The notes: generated by a model from the sequence alone, not told the origin. A stretch of DNA of 64,000 nucleotides from Cenococcum geophilum (GCA_050273025.1 CP158635.1:23746001-23810000), one strand, 5' to 3'; positions 50,971-64,000 are shown, counted from the stretch's first letter. Numbers and translations: made by a program.

Positions 50971-53622
50971 ATGGCGATCCAGAAAAAGGTAGGTATAATG
51001 TTCTTGTAGAAATTCTTTTGCTAACAGCAACTGCAGCACGGCAAAGGTCGTCTAGACAAATGGTACAAGCTCGCAAAAGAGAAGGGCTACCGTGCCCGTG
51101 CCGCCTTCAAGCTTATTCAACTCAACAAGAAATACAATTTTCTTGAGAAGAGCAAAGTGCTGATCGATCTGTGTGCCGCACCAGGAGTAAGTACTCTCAG
51201 GCCTCTGACGAACAAGCGCTGACAGCAGTAGTCATGGTGTCAAGTCGCCGCGGAGGTTATGCCAGTGAACAGCCTTATTGTCGGAGTAGATTTAGCACCC
51301 ATCAAGCCAATCCCGCGATGCATAACATTTCAGAGCGATATTACGACAGACAAGTGTCGCGCAACTCTTCGGCAACATCTGAAGACGTGGAAGGCAGATA
51401 CGGTTCTACATGATGGTGCGCCAAATGTTGGTACAGCATGGGTTCAGGATGCGTTCACGCAGGCAGAGTTGGTCCTGCAATCTCTACGGTTGGCCACAGA
51501 CTTTTTGGCGCAAGGTGGGACATTTGTTACAAAAATTTTCAGATCGAAGGATTATAATTCACTTCTCTGGGTGTTCAACCAAGTTTTTACAAAGGTCGAA
51601 GCAACGAAGCCTCCATCATCCAGAAACGTTTCCGCAGAAATTTTCGTGGTATGTCGCGGATACAAGGCACCCAAGCACCTCGACCCCAAATTTCTGGATC
51701 CACGATCGGTCTTCGCTGAACTTGCCGACCCCACGCCCAATAATGAAGCTAAGGTTTTCAAGCCCGAAGTGAAAAAACGTAAACGAGAGGGTTACGAGGA
51801 AGGAGATTATACGCAGTTTAAGGAGGCTCCCGTGAGCGAGTTTATTCAGACAGTGGACCCAATCGCCATGCTGGGCAGTCTGAACAAGCTTAGTTTTGAT
51901 CAAAAACCAAATGGAGATATCGCGCTAGCTACTATCGATAAACTACCAGAAACCACTCAAGAAATCCGGGAGTGTTGTGCTGATTTGAAGGTGCTAGGCA
52001 GGGCAGATTTTAAGCGGCTACTAAAGTGGAGATTGACAGTTAGGGAGATATTAGGATTTCCGTCTAAAAAGGCCACTAAAGAAGAAGCAGCTGAAGAGGA
52101 GGAAGTTGCAGAGGTGGAGCCCATGGACGAAGAGTTGAAAATACAGGAGGAGCTCCAAAAACTCAAGGACCAGGACTCCAAGCAAAGGAAAAAGGAAAGG
52201 CGACGGGAGAACGAGAGGAAGCAGAAGGAGATTGTGCGTATGCAAATGCACATGACCACGCCAATGGAGATAGGCATGGAACAAGCCGGACCTAATGGTG
52301 AAGATGTAATGTTCACTCTGAAGACTGTAGACAAAGCCGGAGGCGTCGGGAAGATTGCTAAAGGCAGGATGGCCATGATAGTGCAGGAAGAAAAACCTCA
52401 AGAACCAAACGAAGAGGAGATAGACACTGACGACGAAGAAGACCTGTTGGAAAGAGAACTGGACTCAATGTATGACCAGTATCAAGAGCGGAAATTTGCC
52501 AACGACGCAAAGTATCGGGCCAAAAAGGCAAGGAAGGAGCACGAAGATGGCGAATGGCACGGCTTTTCGGATAAGGAGGAGAGTAGCGATGATGTTGAAG
52601 ATGACGCTAGCGAGCCCAGTGATGAGGAAGATGGTCCGAAGTCCCTAGTTACAGATCTGGATCTAGGTAATAGGGGACAGGGCGGTCTCACAAAACGAGC
52701 AGCAAGGTTCTTCGATCAGGATACATTCAGGGGTATCGACGGCCTTGATGGCCTGGAAGAAGATGAGGACAGCGGCATTGATGTTGATGAAACAGAAACT
52801 GCTGTTGAGAAACCATCTAAGGTAGCATTGGAGAGACTAACAAAATCCAAAAAGTCCGAAGCCCCCGGAAAAGGCTTGCGAACGACGGATGAATCAACGG
52901 AAAGCAAATCTATCGCGCAGAAATCAAAGAAAGCTCCAACAATACCCCAAGGCGATACCGATTCAGAAGCAGAATGGTCTGAAGAAAACGAAGACGACTT
53001 CGAAGCCGTAAAGCGGAACAAAACCTCATGGGGAGAGGACGAAATACCGATGAAAAATGGTCGCCCAGATATTGACATCATTACTGCCGAAGCGATGACG
53101 CTTGCCCAACAACTAGCCTCTGGCCAGAAGACAAAACATGACCTTCTAGACGATGGATTCAATAAATACTCCCTGCGCGACGTCGACGGCCTACCAGACT
53201 GGTTCCTCGATGACGAAAACCGCCACTCAAAACCGCACCGCCCGATTACTGCCGCGGCTGCTGCTGCTATTAAAGAGAAACTTCGTGCGCTCAATGCTCG
53301 GCCAATCAAGAAAGTCCGAGAAGCGAAAGACAGGAAGAAATTCAAAGCAGCACAGCGCCTTGAGAAAATAAAAAAGAAGAGCGCACTACTTGCAGACGAG
53401 GAGGGTATGACAGAGAAGGAGAAGGCTCAAAGTATTGCGCGGTTGATGAGCAGGGCGGCAAAGAAGAAACCCAAGCAAAAGGTTACGGTTGTGGTAGCCA
53501 GGGGTGGAAACGCAGGACTGAAGGGAAGACCGAGAGGAACAAAGGGAAAATATAAGATGGTAGATTCGAGGATGAAGAAGGACGTAAGGGCTGAGAAGAG
53601 ACTGGCCAAAGAGAGGAAGTGA
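50971..53622 (+). CDS. SPB1: AdoMet-dependent 25S rRNA 2'-O-methyltransferase Spb1
   Basis: MAIQKK / [26 protein letters not shown]...IDLCAAPG / SWCQV across two introns, then [24 protein letters not shown] and C-terminal [11 protein letters not shown]...[11 protein letters not shown]. Confidence 0.97.
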
Positions 53623-54057
53623 GAGTATGATCCCGAAACGGATGTAAAATATGAGACTCGTCAGTGTGATATGAGATGCTTGTTTGATCTAGCCGAACAG
53701 CTATGCCGCTAATCATGATTTTTCCAGATTCCTAGAACGGGATATAGCCGTCGATAAGAATTGATTTGCATATGGAGCAACTTCATCAATAAGGAAATTT
53801 TCTTAGGTAAAGAGCAGCATTAAAAGTGCCCGAGGTGCTAATGTTGGAATTAAGAGTAATTTTATTGTCCAGTTGCTGAAGTTTCTCTATCTAGGTGCTG
53901 CGCCTGATTTTCGTCTAACCGTCCTATGAATTCAGTCATCCATGGCATTCGAATCCCCCCTGCCACTTTACGCCAGAGACGCCTTCGCGAAAGTTTTAGG
54001 AACGCCATTCGGCGATTCTCCCGTCACTTCACGGTCAATCACGTCAAAATCTCCCTA

Positions 54058-54713
54058 TTACTCACTCATTCTCCACCGCATTCTCACTAGCAACTCTACT
54101 CTCTCCATTAATCGCACCATTGCCTCGGTCCGATCTTCGCCTGGTGTTCCATGCAGCAGCACTGTGTACTGCGAAATGTCCTCATCCAGCAGCCTATCGT
54201 CGTAGAAATGATCCTGCAAATTGATCACAGGATTCGTAGGCGAGAGACGAGTAGTCGTGGTTCTTGTTGGCGAAAGGATGACGGCGATGTAGTAGATGTG
54301 CTCGTTGGCGCCGGGGGAGCACTGAGTGCGGATGGAAAGAGAGGGGTGCGTGGGAAATAGAGTGGGGAGATGCTCTGTGCGATGTGTCAGCGCACGGCCC
54401 GGAAAACAAGAGCACTGCTCCTATGCTTCAAATATCACACGAGCCATGAATCGAATTCTCTCTCGCTAACCAACCACCTTGCGCTAAAATAAAGAAGTCT
54501 ATGCTACGGATACTTGGAAACATCTTTGCATTTTTACCTAAAACAATACAGTTCTGAAGAGAGAAAAAAGAGAGGAAAGAGAGTTATAGCATTACCCCGG
54601 ATCCCAAGATATATGTCTCTTCGTTGGCGCGCCGCGCGCCGCGCTTCTTCCTGGGCCTCCGCTACAGAAGAATCCGAGCCAATTTCAAACGACGAGCGCT
54701 TCCACCACGGCAT
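54058..54713 (-). CDS. Small multi-exon hypothetical protein
   Basis: Exon MPWWKRSSFEIG...RRDIYLGIR followed by a GTAATG donor; last exon ...NLQDHFYDDRLLDEDISQYTVLLHGTPGEDRTEAMVRLMERVELLVRMRWRMSE-stop. Middle exons uncertain, no family recognised. Confidence 0.45.
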
Positions 54714-55899
54714 AGAGAGTGTGGGGAAAATGTGGGGAGACGGGGGAGCGGTTTGAGGGTACGATGTGGCTTAAAATGATACCGGAATTTATATGTCTTG
54801 CATGAGCAAATGTTAAGATGAAGGGAACTACCTTGCAGGAACCCCAGGATAAGAGTTAAAGTCATGTGATTTAATTCACGCAGTGTGTTGGCAAGTTGTT
54901 GTGAGGTGGCCTACATGGGCTATCATGCTTGGGAAGTGAATTCGCTGACGTTGTGCGACAGTGTAGATCTGGAGTCAAAGTTCTGACACGAAGCCCAACT
55001 CCTCTTGCCACCCAATCGCTCTCTGGAGCCATCCCTGTCACTAAAACTTATGGTGGACTAGTGCCATCTCCCTCTTTCTTTCACCTTCACACTTCTCCCT
55101 CCTAGTTTTAACCAACGGTGCATCTTCTCGAGGGGTCATACGCCGTAGTTTCGTTGCCCTATCCAACAGTGCCAACAATGCGTCCTAGCTTGGCCTTAAG
55201 GCTACCAGCGGAATATCAACTCAAAACTCTAACCATTTATGCTTGTGTCATTATAATCCATCAACAGTAGTAAGGCACGCGACTCAAGTTTTAAGCACAT
55301 CTAGACCTTGTAAGCGCATCACGCAATCACTACGAGAAGCTGGGGTTCGTCAGCGCTAAGAACAAGCTGCGGTGAAGGCGGGATGTTTCTTCGATCTGTT
55401 GCCGAATATCTTCTACCGAATCTTTATTGGGATACGTAAAAACTTCACGACATTGGTCACCACGTTGATGGCCACCATGGGTGAACGACTTCCTCAAATT
55501 ACTGCTAACCTTCAGGCCGCATTCTATACCATTCCATATTTTATTCTTCACGTTATATATGCGTAGACTTTTATGTTAGTCACATACTTGTCTTGATTGA
55601 CGGGTCCAAATATAGAATAGGCTGCTCGGACCTGGCAGAGCAATGTGGCCACCTAAGAATATTTCTTTTTCACTTCTCAGCTAGAGCGGACTCTATGATA
55701 ATACATGGTTGAGTGAACCAAGAACGAAAGTAAGTGAGCACCAGACGCGTGCATCAAGCACGAGTTTCCAGACTGGCCACTATTTCTCTAGTCCCATCAT
55801 TAAGCTAAATGAAAGAAAAAATAGAAAAAAATAGCCTTACAATCAATTGCTAAATGATAGAATAATGGAATTCTAGACTCTTATCACATGTCGCCCTTT

Positions 55900-56898
55900 A
55901 TAACCATATCTCCCTTTGAACATTTAGGCATCGTCAAAGCTTACCCCGTCAACTTAGTTCTATGAGTCTGATATCCGCCGTTGCTTCTATCCTATACAAT
56001 GAAGATAATCTACCTAGCATAAAATAATAGCCTCCTTTTGGGACGGGCTATTTTTTTTAAACAAAATAAATGAAAACCCCCCATATTTACCTACTAATAG
56101 ATTCAGTTTGTCCCAGTATTACAGTATTATATAAAAAATCATCTTTCCCGATATTTTAGGACTAAGTAAAACAATTTCCAACAATTGCTGTTAGTTAAAA
56201 ACTTCGTCCGCATACGACTTTGTTTATCTGGTAAAATACGGGACTTAGTCGGGCTATGTAATATTTTTCTGACAAGATCTTTAATCTCTACCGTGCCGAC
56301 TTAAGGACATCTATATTTGTCTGTGCTTCTTGAGTATTAACTACTAGACTGCCAATAGAAGAGCGCCGTGGCGGAAGAATTCGTAAGGGGTTGGGCCCTC
56401 TTTCTGTTTTTCTCGTTCTTTATATTATAATCTCTATAAATACACGCCAACACTTAGAGTTAACTTTCTAGTAGATTATTTACGGGACCTTTTAATAGAA
56501 TGTTAGGCAGAATGGTAGATACTATTAAATTAATAGTCTCTTTTCACCAATAAATCTTGCTCTATTTGGTTTTAACATTCGCAAATAATCTAGAAAAATT
56601 TAAACCTAAAGCGATATCTTACTAGCCGTACCCCTATTAAACCTATATAGAACATTAAATGGGCCTATTACTTTTAGGTTTTACTCTAATTTCTCGATAT
56701 ACCATCGAATAGAGACTATCGCCGTACTAAGATCGTTATATTAACTTTCTTAGCATAAACTATTTCCAAGATTGCCATATACACTAAAAACTAGTTAGTA
56801 TACTACGGGCACGTGCCTCCGGCACGTGACCGGCGATCATCCGAGGGGCATCCGGGGGTTGTCCTGAGGGCAAGGTGACCGCAATAATATCCCTTACA
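55900..56898 (-). mobile_element. AT-rich retroelement relic plus partial LTR (56799-56898)
   Basis: RIP-like composition, a minus-strand KVIGPF remnant (~56655-56675) and an LTR piece homologous to ~24676-24771. Confidence 0.45.
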
Positions 56899-57026
56899 TT
56901 TACTGTCTCGTTTGCCGTCTGAGCCACTTACTGAGATAACTAAGAACCAAAGAATTGCCGATTAGTCCAACCCCGGTCTGCATTTCATCCAGATCGCTCA
57001 ACTTTGTACCTATCTTGATCGATCCT

Positions 57027-57084
57027 GAATCAAACACCTCAGAAACTTGAGGCTCAGACCTCAGTTTTCTGAGGTGTTTGATTC
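57027..57084. repeat. 58-bp near-perfect palindrome
   Basis: GAATCAAACACCTCAGAAA...TGAGG-ctcaga-CCTCA...TTTCTGAGGTGTTTGATTC. Confidence 0.9.
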
Positions 57085-57690
57085 GGCATATTTAGTATGC
57101 CAGATCAAGAAGCTTGCTCTCCATGGTACTAAACTGGAAATATATTAATACACAGCTTTCCAACTCATCCAACACAGCCGCATTCGCGTCGCTTTGCCTG
57201 TTCTTCGTCTCAACATAACCACCTGTCCTTGTTTTGAAACTACGCCGATTTCGCTTCCACCGGTGTCACCGATAAAAGACGGCAAAGCGTAGAAAAGTAA
57301 TATGATGTGCTAGCGATTTGCTTTGCTTGGGAGGAATCTTAGCGGAGAGCACCTGAGTTGAGCAGAGTGGTGGGTAAGAGAAGGCATATCGAACGTTATA
57401 TGAGTGAGTGCATACGGAGTGGGCAGCGGGGTGAGTAGCGGGTGAGCACCGGGTGAGCACTGGGTAAGCAACCGTGTGAGTGACTGCCGGGAGCAGGGGA
57501 TGAGCTGGCTGATCACTGGACATGGAGAGGGTACTATCATGCAGTGAGAACCTACTTCTGTGTCCAGGATATGGAGATCTACGATCAAAAGCTGGTTTGC
57601 TGGGGAGAATAGTCGGAAGGAGATGCTTGAAGCAGATAAGACTGGGAGATGCAGGTCAATTCATTCAACCAATTGGTTGCCTTTTCAACG

Positions 57691-59422
57691 TCACTCTTCT
57701 CTCTTTTGCTCCTCAATGATATCCTCTACCGTCTTCGCACTGATTCTACCTTCAAATCGTTGTTCGGCTAACTCGATACAGCGAAGATTAGCGCCTAGCT
57801 TGTTCATTGTTTCCATCCACTCTTCAAACTCATCGCTGTCGTACACACAACCTCCACCGGCCTGCAGATGTGCAACTCCGTCTTTAATGAGCATGGTGCG
57901 AATAGCAATGCACGTGTCGACCGGCCCCTCAGCCACCTCCCCATTCCGAACCGAGTCGTACCCAAACCACCCCACGGCGCCGGCGTACACTCCCCGCTTC
58001 TCCTGTTCCAACTCCGATATCAGTTGAGCGGCGCGAATCTTCGGCGCTCCGGAGACTGTGCCCGCAGGGAAAATCGACCGGAATGCGTCCCAGCGTGTTG
58101 ATTCGGCACGAAGCATTCCAGACACCTCCGATGTCAAGTGCTGGACGTGGGAGAACTTGTCGACTCGCATGAGATGATCGACGCGCACTGTTTGCGGATC
58201 GCATACGCGGTTGACATCGTTACGGGCAAGATCAACGAGCATAACGTGTTCGGCGCGGTCTTTGACGGAATTTTGGAGTCGTCGTGCCAGTTCGTCGTCT
58301 TCTACAGAATTGTTCCCTCGGGCGATCGTGCCGGCGATAGCATGATTCACGATGCGGAGCCGCGGGGTATTAAAGCCCCCTGCGGTAGATGCACTCATTA
58401 AACATTCAGGGGAAGCGCCGACTAGCGAGAAGTTAGAGCATGAGAGGTAAAACATGTAGGGCGATGGGTTCAATGATCGAAGAGTGCGGTATATATTAAA
58501 GGGGTGGACGGTAGTGTTGCGGGAGAGGCGTTGGGACGGAACGGCTTGAACAATATCCCCTTTGATAATATATCTCTTAAGCTTAGTAATGAAAGCCTCG
58601 TATCCACTTCGTCCAACATTTGATGAATATTGGTTTCCGGAAGATGATGTTGAGTCTTCGCTAGCGAGTGCTTGAGGGGGGAGTGCAGTCTCTGCTTGAT
58701 GGATTGTCGCCAAAACTGATCGAAGCAATGCGCATGCTTCTTCGTACGCCGATCGGATATCGGTTGAGGTTGAATCAGGGAGCCTTATGTGTGTGACGAC
58801 TGTGATTGTAGACTGGAAGTGGTCGAACGCTACTACTGTGTCGTAGATCATGAACATGGCGTCGGGTATTTGAACATTGTCTTTCAGCCATGGTGCAGCG
58901 GTCGTAGGTTCAAACTGTTGGATACAATCGTATGAAAGATATCCGACTGCCCCGCCGGCAAGATTTGGCAGCTTGATTCCTGGAATGTCGACTATCCGGT
59001 CCTGGAGCTCACTTTGGAGCGCTCGCAACGGATCGCCAACATGGTCGTATCCAGGGCCACAGCGGACGACCTTTCTAGGATCTGAGAGCAGTCAATGAGA
59101 GAGTTTGAACGAGACGGTTGAATGCATTATAGGCTTACTGGCTCCAATGTAGCTGTACCGACCTATTGTTTCGGAAGAGCCAGTGGCACTCTCAAGAAGA
59201 AACGAGTATTCAGCGGTAGCTCTATCAGAATCAGCACTCGTCTTGTGGTTGCTTTGCACGGTTTACTCCATACCCGGACGACAGCTTGAGAAAGATGGCG
59301 GTTGGTGATATCAGATCAGAAGGTGTTGAGATACATAGAGGAAGAAGAGTGCCCTTTAATGCTTTGTGTTTGTGTAGCTCCCTTGCGCTGGCGAGGCTTG
59401 GGTAGAAGTCGTTGGTATTCAT
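57691..59422 (-). CDS. TRP2: Anthranilate synthase component I (3 exons)
   Basis: YSFLLESA, GRYSYIG, GGAVGYLSYD, GDIVQAVPSQR, NPSPYMFY, IAGTIARG, KDRAEHVMLVDLARND, FPAGTVSGAPK, RGVYAGAVG, DTCIAIRT, QAGGGCVYDS. Confidence 0.95.
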
Positions 59423-59817
59423 CTATTTTACGTGTTTAGAAACAGACAAGTTGAACTGTTGCAATTTGGTAATTGTGCCTGCTCTGTAACGCCGGTGGCT
59501 ACTACCTCCCAGGCAAATGTGTAGTAGAATGAAGAAAATTGAACAACGCGGAGATCCTGAGTGATCACAGCTTGATGAAAGGCATGTGTCAATGTATAGG
59601 AAGGTGCATGGATTTCATGGAGAGGAGCCCAAGGTCCTCTATCTACCAAGGTCTGTGCTTCTGTCACGTGATGCCAAGAGGCAACCCTAAGCGGAGCATA
59701 CAGCCCGGCTAGTGTTGGCGAAAGCTCCGTTGGTGCCCGCCAAGGTGCTAAGCCCTATTTATTACGATTTTAATAGACGAGGTAGGTTTTAGGAGGTTAT
59801 ATTAAGGATATATTAAG

Positions 59818-62800
59818 CGGGCAGTCTCGGGGCAGGCTCATCCCACAGACCCATCATGACTCAGCTTTTAGTAAGACGCGCACGGGCCACTATCGTCAGC
59901 GTGTAAACAACTTTTGAATAACAAAGCACTATCTACAGGTGTAATACTCCAATATTTGACCGTCTATTTCAATAGGGTCCTTTCCCTTTTTATCACTATG
60001 CCTTAGGGGACCTGATAGTAAGTGCGCTAGCTTTATGAGCCTCATGCGCGTCTTTAGAAGCCCCCTGTCGTAATCGCTTTAATTTTAATAGAATGACAAC
60101 CTCTTTTAGCTTAGGATTACTAGGACCCTCGTTAGTATTACTTAAGATTAATGTAAAATTACTACGAGCTAATTAAGTATAGGTCCTTCGAGCTCTAGTA
60201 CGCGCCGCTCTGCCGGATTAATAGAGTGGGAGAGGTAACGGCTTTTAAGGTAGTGGCTCTTAAGGTACCGAATAGGTTATAATAGGCTCCTTCTTACCAA
60301 TATTTTAGTATTGATCGTCTAATATAGTACCTTGGAGTACCTCCGCGTTATTAAGCCACGAGTTATTATCCTCCCCCGCTTTTAAAATAACTACTTTATC
60401 CTCTAACCCCCCTAAAACTTCGTTATATAGCACCGACGGCTTATTAAATGGTTGCTGCTTATCCTCCTTATCCTCCTTAATACCCTTATCTACTTTGTCG
60501 GCCGGTTCTTTATTTTGGATTAGAAAGTGGCTAAGCTTTATATTACTACTTAGTTGAGTAGGTATATGCTTCTAGGCCTCCTCCTACCTTTCCTTTTAGA
60601 GCTCTTATACAGCGACGTTGGTAGCGCGTTTAGTAATCTTAGCGCTTATTTTGCCCCACTGGTTGACCTTACTATACTTCTTTTTAGGTAGTGGCTGCTA
60701 GTAAGCCTTTAGAGGAACCTTAAATAGAGCGCCCTTAGGTAGCGATTAAAGCTCTACCTATCTACTTAAAATAGCTATTTAAGCTACCTTAAAGTCTTTA
60801 AATTTCTTAGTAAGCTTGCTTATTTCTTTAGCAGGAAGGTCCTTAATAATATTAAGGAGGCGGAGAACTAATAGCTAGATCCTAGTAAGAGCTTCTAGGT
60901 GCTCTAGCAGAGGGTTGCCTTAGAACGCTATATTCTTAATATATCGCGGTTGCCAATCTAGAGTAGTAATTAGCTTTATTGCGATATACTAGCGAGGATG
61001 GATTAAAGCCGGCGATATAGGAAGCCTCTATATTAAGCACTAAATAAGTATATAGCGGTAGGGGAGGCCATATCGGTAAGGGTCTTTGTAGTTATAGTTA
61101 TCCTACTTCTACTTCTAATTGGCCTACTCCTGCTTTTCCTTATCTGTTAAAGCTCTCGCGCTATATATAGAGTTAAAGATTCGCTAAAGCGCGTAGTATG
61201 TTACTATACCGTTAATCTACGCGAAGTGGTGCTAAAAGAGATCTAGGGTGATAATTTAGGGGAGGGACGTTTTAGATATATATTTGGATTTAATTAATTC
61301 CTTATATAATATTGAAATCCACCTCTTTAGCTTAATTATAGTATCCTTAAGGCTAAATTGATAATTAGTAAAGCATTTTAATCCTCCGTTAATACCCTTA
61401 CCTTATTAGCTTGCTATTGCACCTAAATTTAGAAGGTATCTGGTAAGGGAGTAAGCGGTTAAGGAAAAGTTGACGTTAAAATAAGGTTTTTAAGCTAGAG
61501 AGTAGGATACTTAAAGGCATCTTAGAAATAATTTTTACTATAAGCCGGCCTATAGTAAAGCTTGTTTCTAGGATACTTTTAAGCATCCTGCTCCCTAGCT
61601 TAAAATAAAACTTACCTAATATAGTAGGTAATTATCTGGCTCTCCTTTTTAACGTATATAGTCTAAAACCATACCTTATTATACGGGTGTAGCTTATTTA
61701 GGACTACCTTTTGATTAGCTTTAAGCTCTGCTACCGTTTTGGATTTTAAATAGGGCTAAAATAGTTCCTTTACTACCTTTCTTTCTTCTACTAAGTAGCT
61801 ATATGGCCTCTTAGCCTTTATCTAGATCCCCTTATTAATCCGCTTCTTTATTGCCTTTATAGCGTGCCACTAGCAATACTAGAGAACGACTGTAATTAAC
61901 TACCCTACTAATAAGGCGGCTGTAAGGCCCTTACTAAAATTAGTAATAATAACTTTAGGTAGCCGTTTCCAAAGCTTCTGCTAAGTAGACTTTAGTAAAA
62001 AGGTCTAATCTAGCTAAGACTCGCTCTTAATAAATGACTATATTGCTGGAAAAGAGGACCTTGTATTAGTAACGCTAGTAATAATAGCTAATAAGAGCTT
62101 AGATCGATTGGTATTAAATATAGCGTCTATTTAGTAGCTAAAGTTAGTAATAAACCTTTGCGCTAAATCTACCTGGATAGGAAGTTAGAATATAAGCTAC
62201 TAGAGACTCTGGGTAATTAGACGACCTAATTCTAGATTAATTGTGTAGGTATATTAAAACTAGTACTTAAATCTATGCTGGTAAAGAAGCAGCTTAAGTG
62301 CGCCGAGCGCTTGCGGCTGGCCCTTATTACTAGAAGGAAGGTCGCTTAATAATCTAGCTAAATTGTAATATTTCTTCCTACTTATGTACAACTCCCGGAT
62401 AGAAAGTTAACGCTGTGTAGTCTTATATGTCTCTCTTATTGCCCTAAGGCCGTAGGCTACGGCGGCTACTTCTCTAGCTTTAGGTAAATGATCCTGGTAG
62501 GCAGTATAGGCAAGAGAATTTGTGGCGAATTTGTGTTTAGGCGCGTCCTTATCTAAAGGATTACTATGCTTGGCGTAGGTAAATATTGCCACCCATCCTT
62601 TTATGCCACTATTAGATAAAGGCAGCTTCTTTTAGGCTATACGTATACTCTAGCTGCAACTCTTTTGGTGCACCTTAGTGGCCTCTCGCTGCCGGTTGCT
62701 GTTCTTACCGCAAAAGTCGTCCAATTTGCGCCAGTTTTAAGAGTTATCGCTATGGTGTTTATAGACGAATATTGCTACTAGTCTTTTAGCTAATAGATTG

Positions 62801-63786
62801 TTTAAGCTAGTTGCTTTAATAACTAGAAAGCCTTTATAAAAAGAGTAGTTTTAATATTATTCTTCTGCGGCGTCTAGATCCTTAAAGATCTTACCAGTAT
62901 ATGGCTTCTTAAGGTGGTGGGTGGGCATGGCGTTAATAACTTATTTTACTATTAAAACTAAACTTATATCTAACCGGGGGCTCGGCTTCTACTTAGGACG
63001 TGGAATTTAGACTTCTGGTATTGGCGATCGCAGCTATAGTTTATCCGTATACTCTATTTATTGTTCCAAAGCACTAAAAGCAGTATAGCGTTAATAATGG
63101 ATAGGGGAAGAGGTTCTAGGTGGTGGTAGAGGAGGAAAAGTATCGCGTAAATGAAGGTGTACTGCTTTGCAATAGACTACCTAACGCCTTTATACTGTAA
63201 TCTAAGACTTGCAGAGCCCTAATAGACCTTATATAATCTTATCTGATTAATAAGGAATAGATTGGCCAGCTAGGGGGGTATTAGGAAGGAGGATTGGGTT
63301 ACTCTGGCGATTACTAGGTGTTTAAGGTATATAAAAACTAGTTAAACTAGGTGGGGTAGAGGCAGTAGGAATGACGTGCGGACGGCTTAACAGTACCCTA
63401 ATATTAGGAAGATTAGAAAGAGAGTAATTAAGATTATTATCGGCCATATTAAATAGCAGAAAGTTAATATAAAGAAGAAGCGTTATGATTTTGAAGCAAA
63501 TATATAGTATATATACCCGCCCGACTTCGGACCTTATCTTTTAGCCCCGCACTTATATATACTTTATAAGCTATTTAGCGCAGGTTCTTTATATAATAGA
63601 CTATTTAATTATAGCTTTAGATAAGAATTTAGACTACGTGGTTGTTATTCTATTATATTATTTTAGAAGCGGTGTACATATGCTTTTTTAAAGTTTTTTT
63701 AATTTTGACGATAGTGGCCCGTGCGCATCTTACTAAAAGCTGAGTCATGATGGGTCTGTGGGATAAGCCTGCCCTAAGACTGCCCG
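59818..63786 (-). mobile_element. Mutator-like DNA transposon (MULE), RIP-inactivated
   Basis: ~80-bp TIRs (CGGGCAGTCT...GGGCCACTATCGTCA at 59818-59898 and 63706-63786), perfect 9-bp TSD TATATTAAG (59809-59817, 63787-63795), minus-strand YKDPYRYGLPYRY (~61050-61090) consistent with a RIP-mutated SWIM-type CxxPCRYGLPCRH motif. Confidence 0.9.
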
Positions 63787-64000
63787 TATATTAAGGATCT
63801 AAGGCTACAAATCTTAGAGAACCAGCAATTTAGAGTAGAAAAGATATCTATTAATATTTTATCTATACCATTATCTCAATCTAACTAAACTATATTAGTT
63901 GCTGCTAAATTCTAACTAGCCTTTAAAAGATAACCGCGATAACTCTTATATAAGTAGCGTAAGTATATATTTAGGTTATATTTATAATCTAATATAGAAT

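Noticed and set aside
28685..53716. Many antisense or overlapping ORFs in the track (e.g. 28968-29258, 32711-33250, 50021-50407, 52716-53345)
   Set aside because: Shadow frames of well-supported genes on the other strand or frame.
37431..59422. IDO plus anthranilate synthase as a tryptophan/kynurenine gene cluster
   Set aside because: They are about 18 kb apart and separated by housekeeping genes (RPA3, SPB1); no synthase, tailoring, transporter or regulator genes link them in this window.

Overview
Filamentous-ascomycete (Pezizomycotina-type) nuclear DNA in two compartments. Bases 1 to ~26,700 and ~59,750 to 64,000 are AT-rich transposon blocks mutated by repeat-induced point mutation (RIP): TpA-rich, with LTR copies differing almost only by C/T and G/A transitions. 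The left block is a nest of at least three Ty3/Gypsy retrotransposons, a solo LTR, an older LTR relic and a Tc1-like transposase; the right block is a Mutator-like element with intact TIRs and a 9-bp TSD. Bases ~27,000-59,500 are gene-rich: MFAP1, GTPBP1/2-like GTPase, indoleamine 2,3-dioxygenase, an Rnl2-like RNA ligase, two DUF7730-like proteins, a Rossmann-fold protein, RPA3, a YML020W-like protein, SPB1 and anthranilate synthase component I, with a piggyBac-like element and MITEs between them. Top finding, not visible in the ORF track because RIP broke it: the 10.6-kb nested Gypsy (10194-20783) carries an extra ~920-codon reading frame between integrase and the 3' LTR, whose C-terminal part reconstructs as a PhyH-like Fe(II)/2-oxoglutarate dioxygenase. 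Second: a piggyBac-transposase family whose copies end TCCC...GGGA and appear to duplicate only TA instead of TTAA. All calls come from manual reading; no database searches were run.
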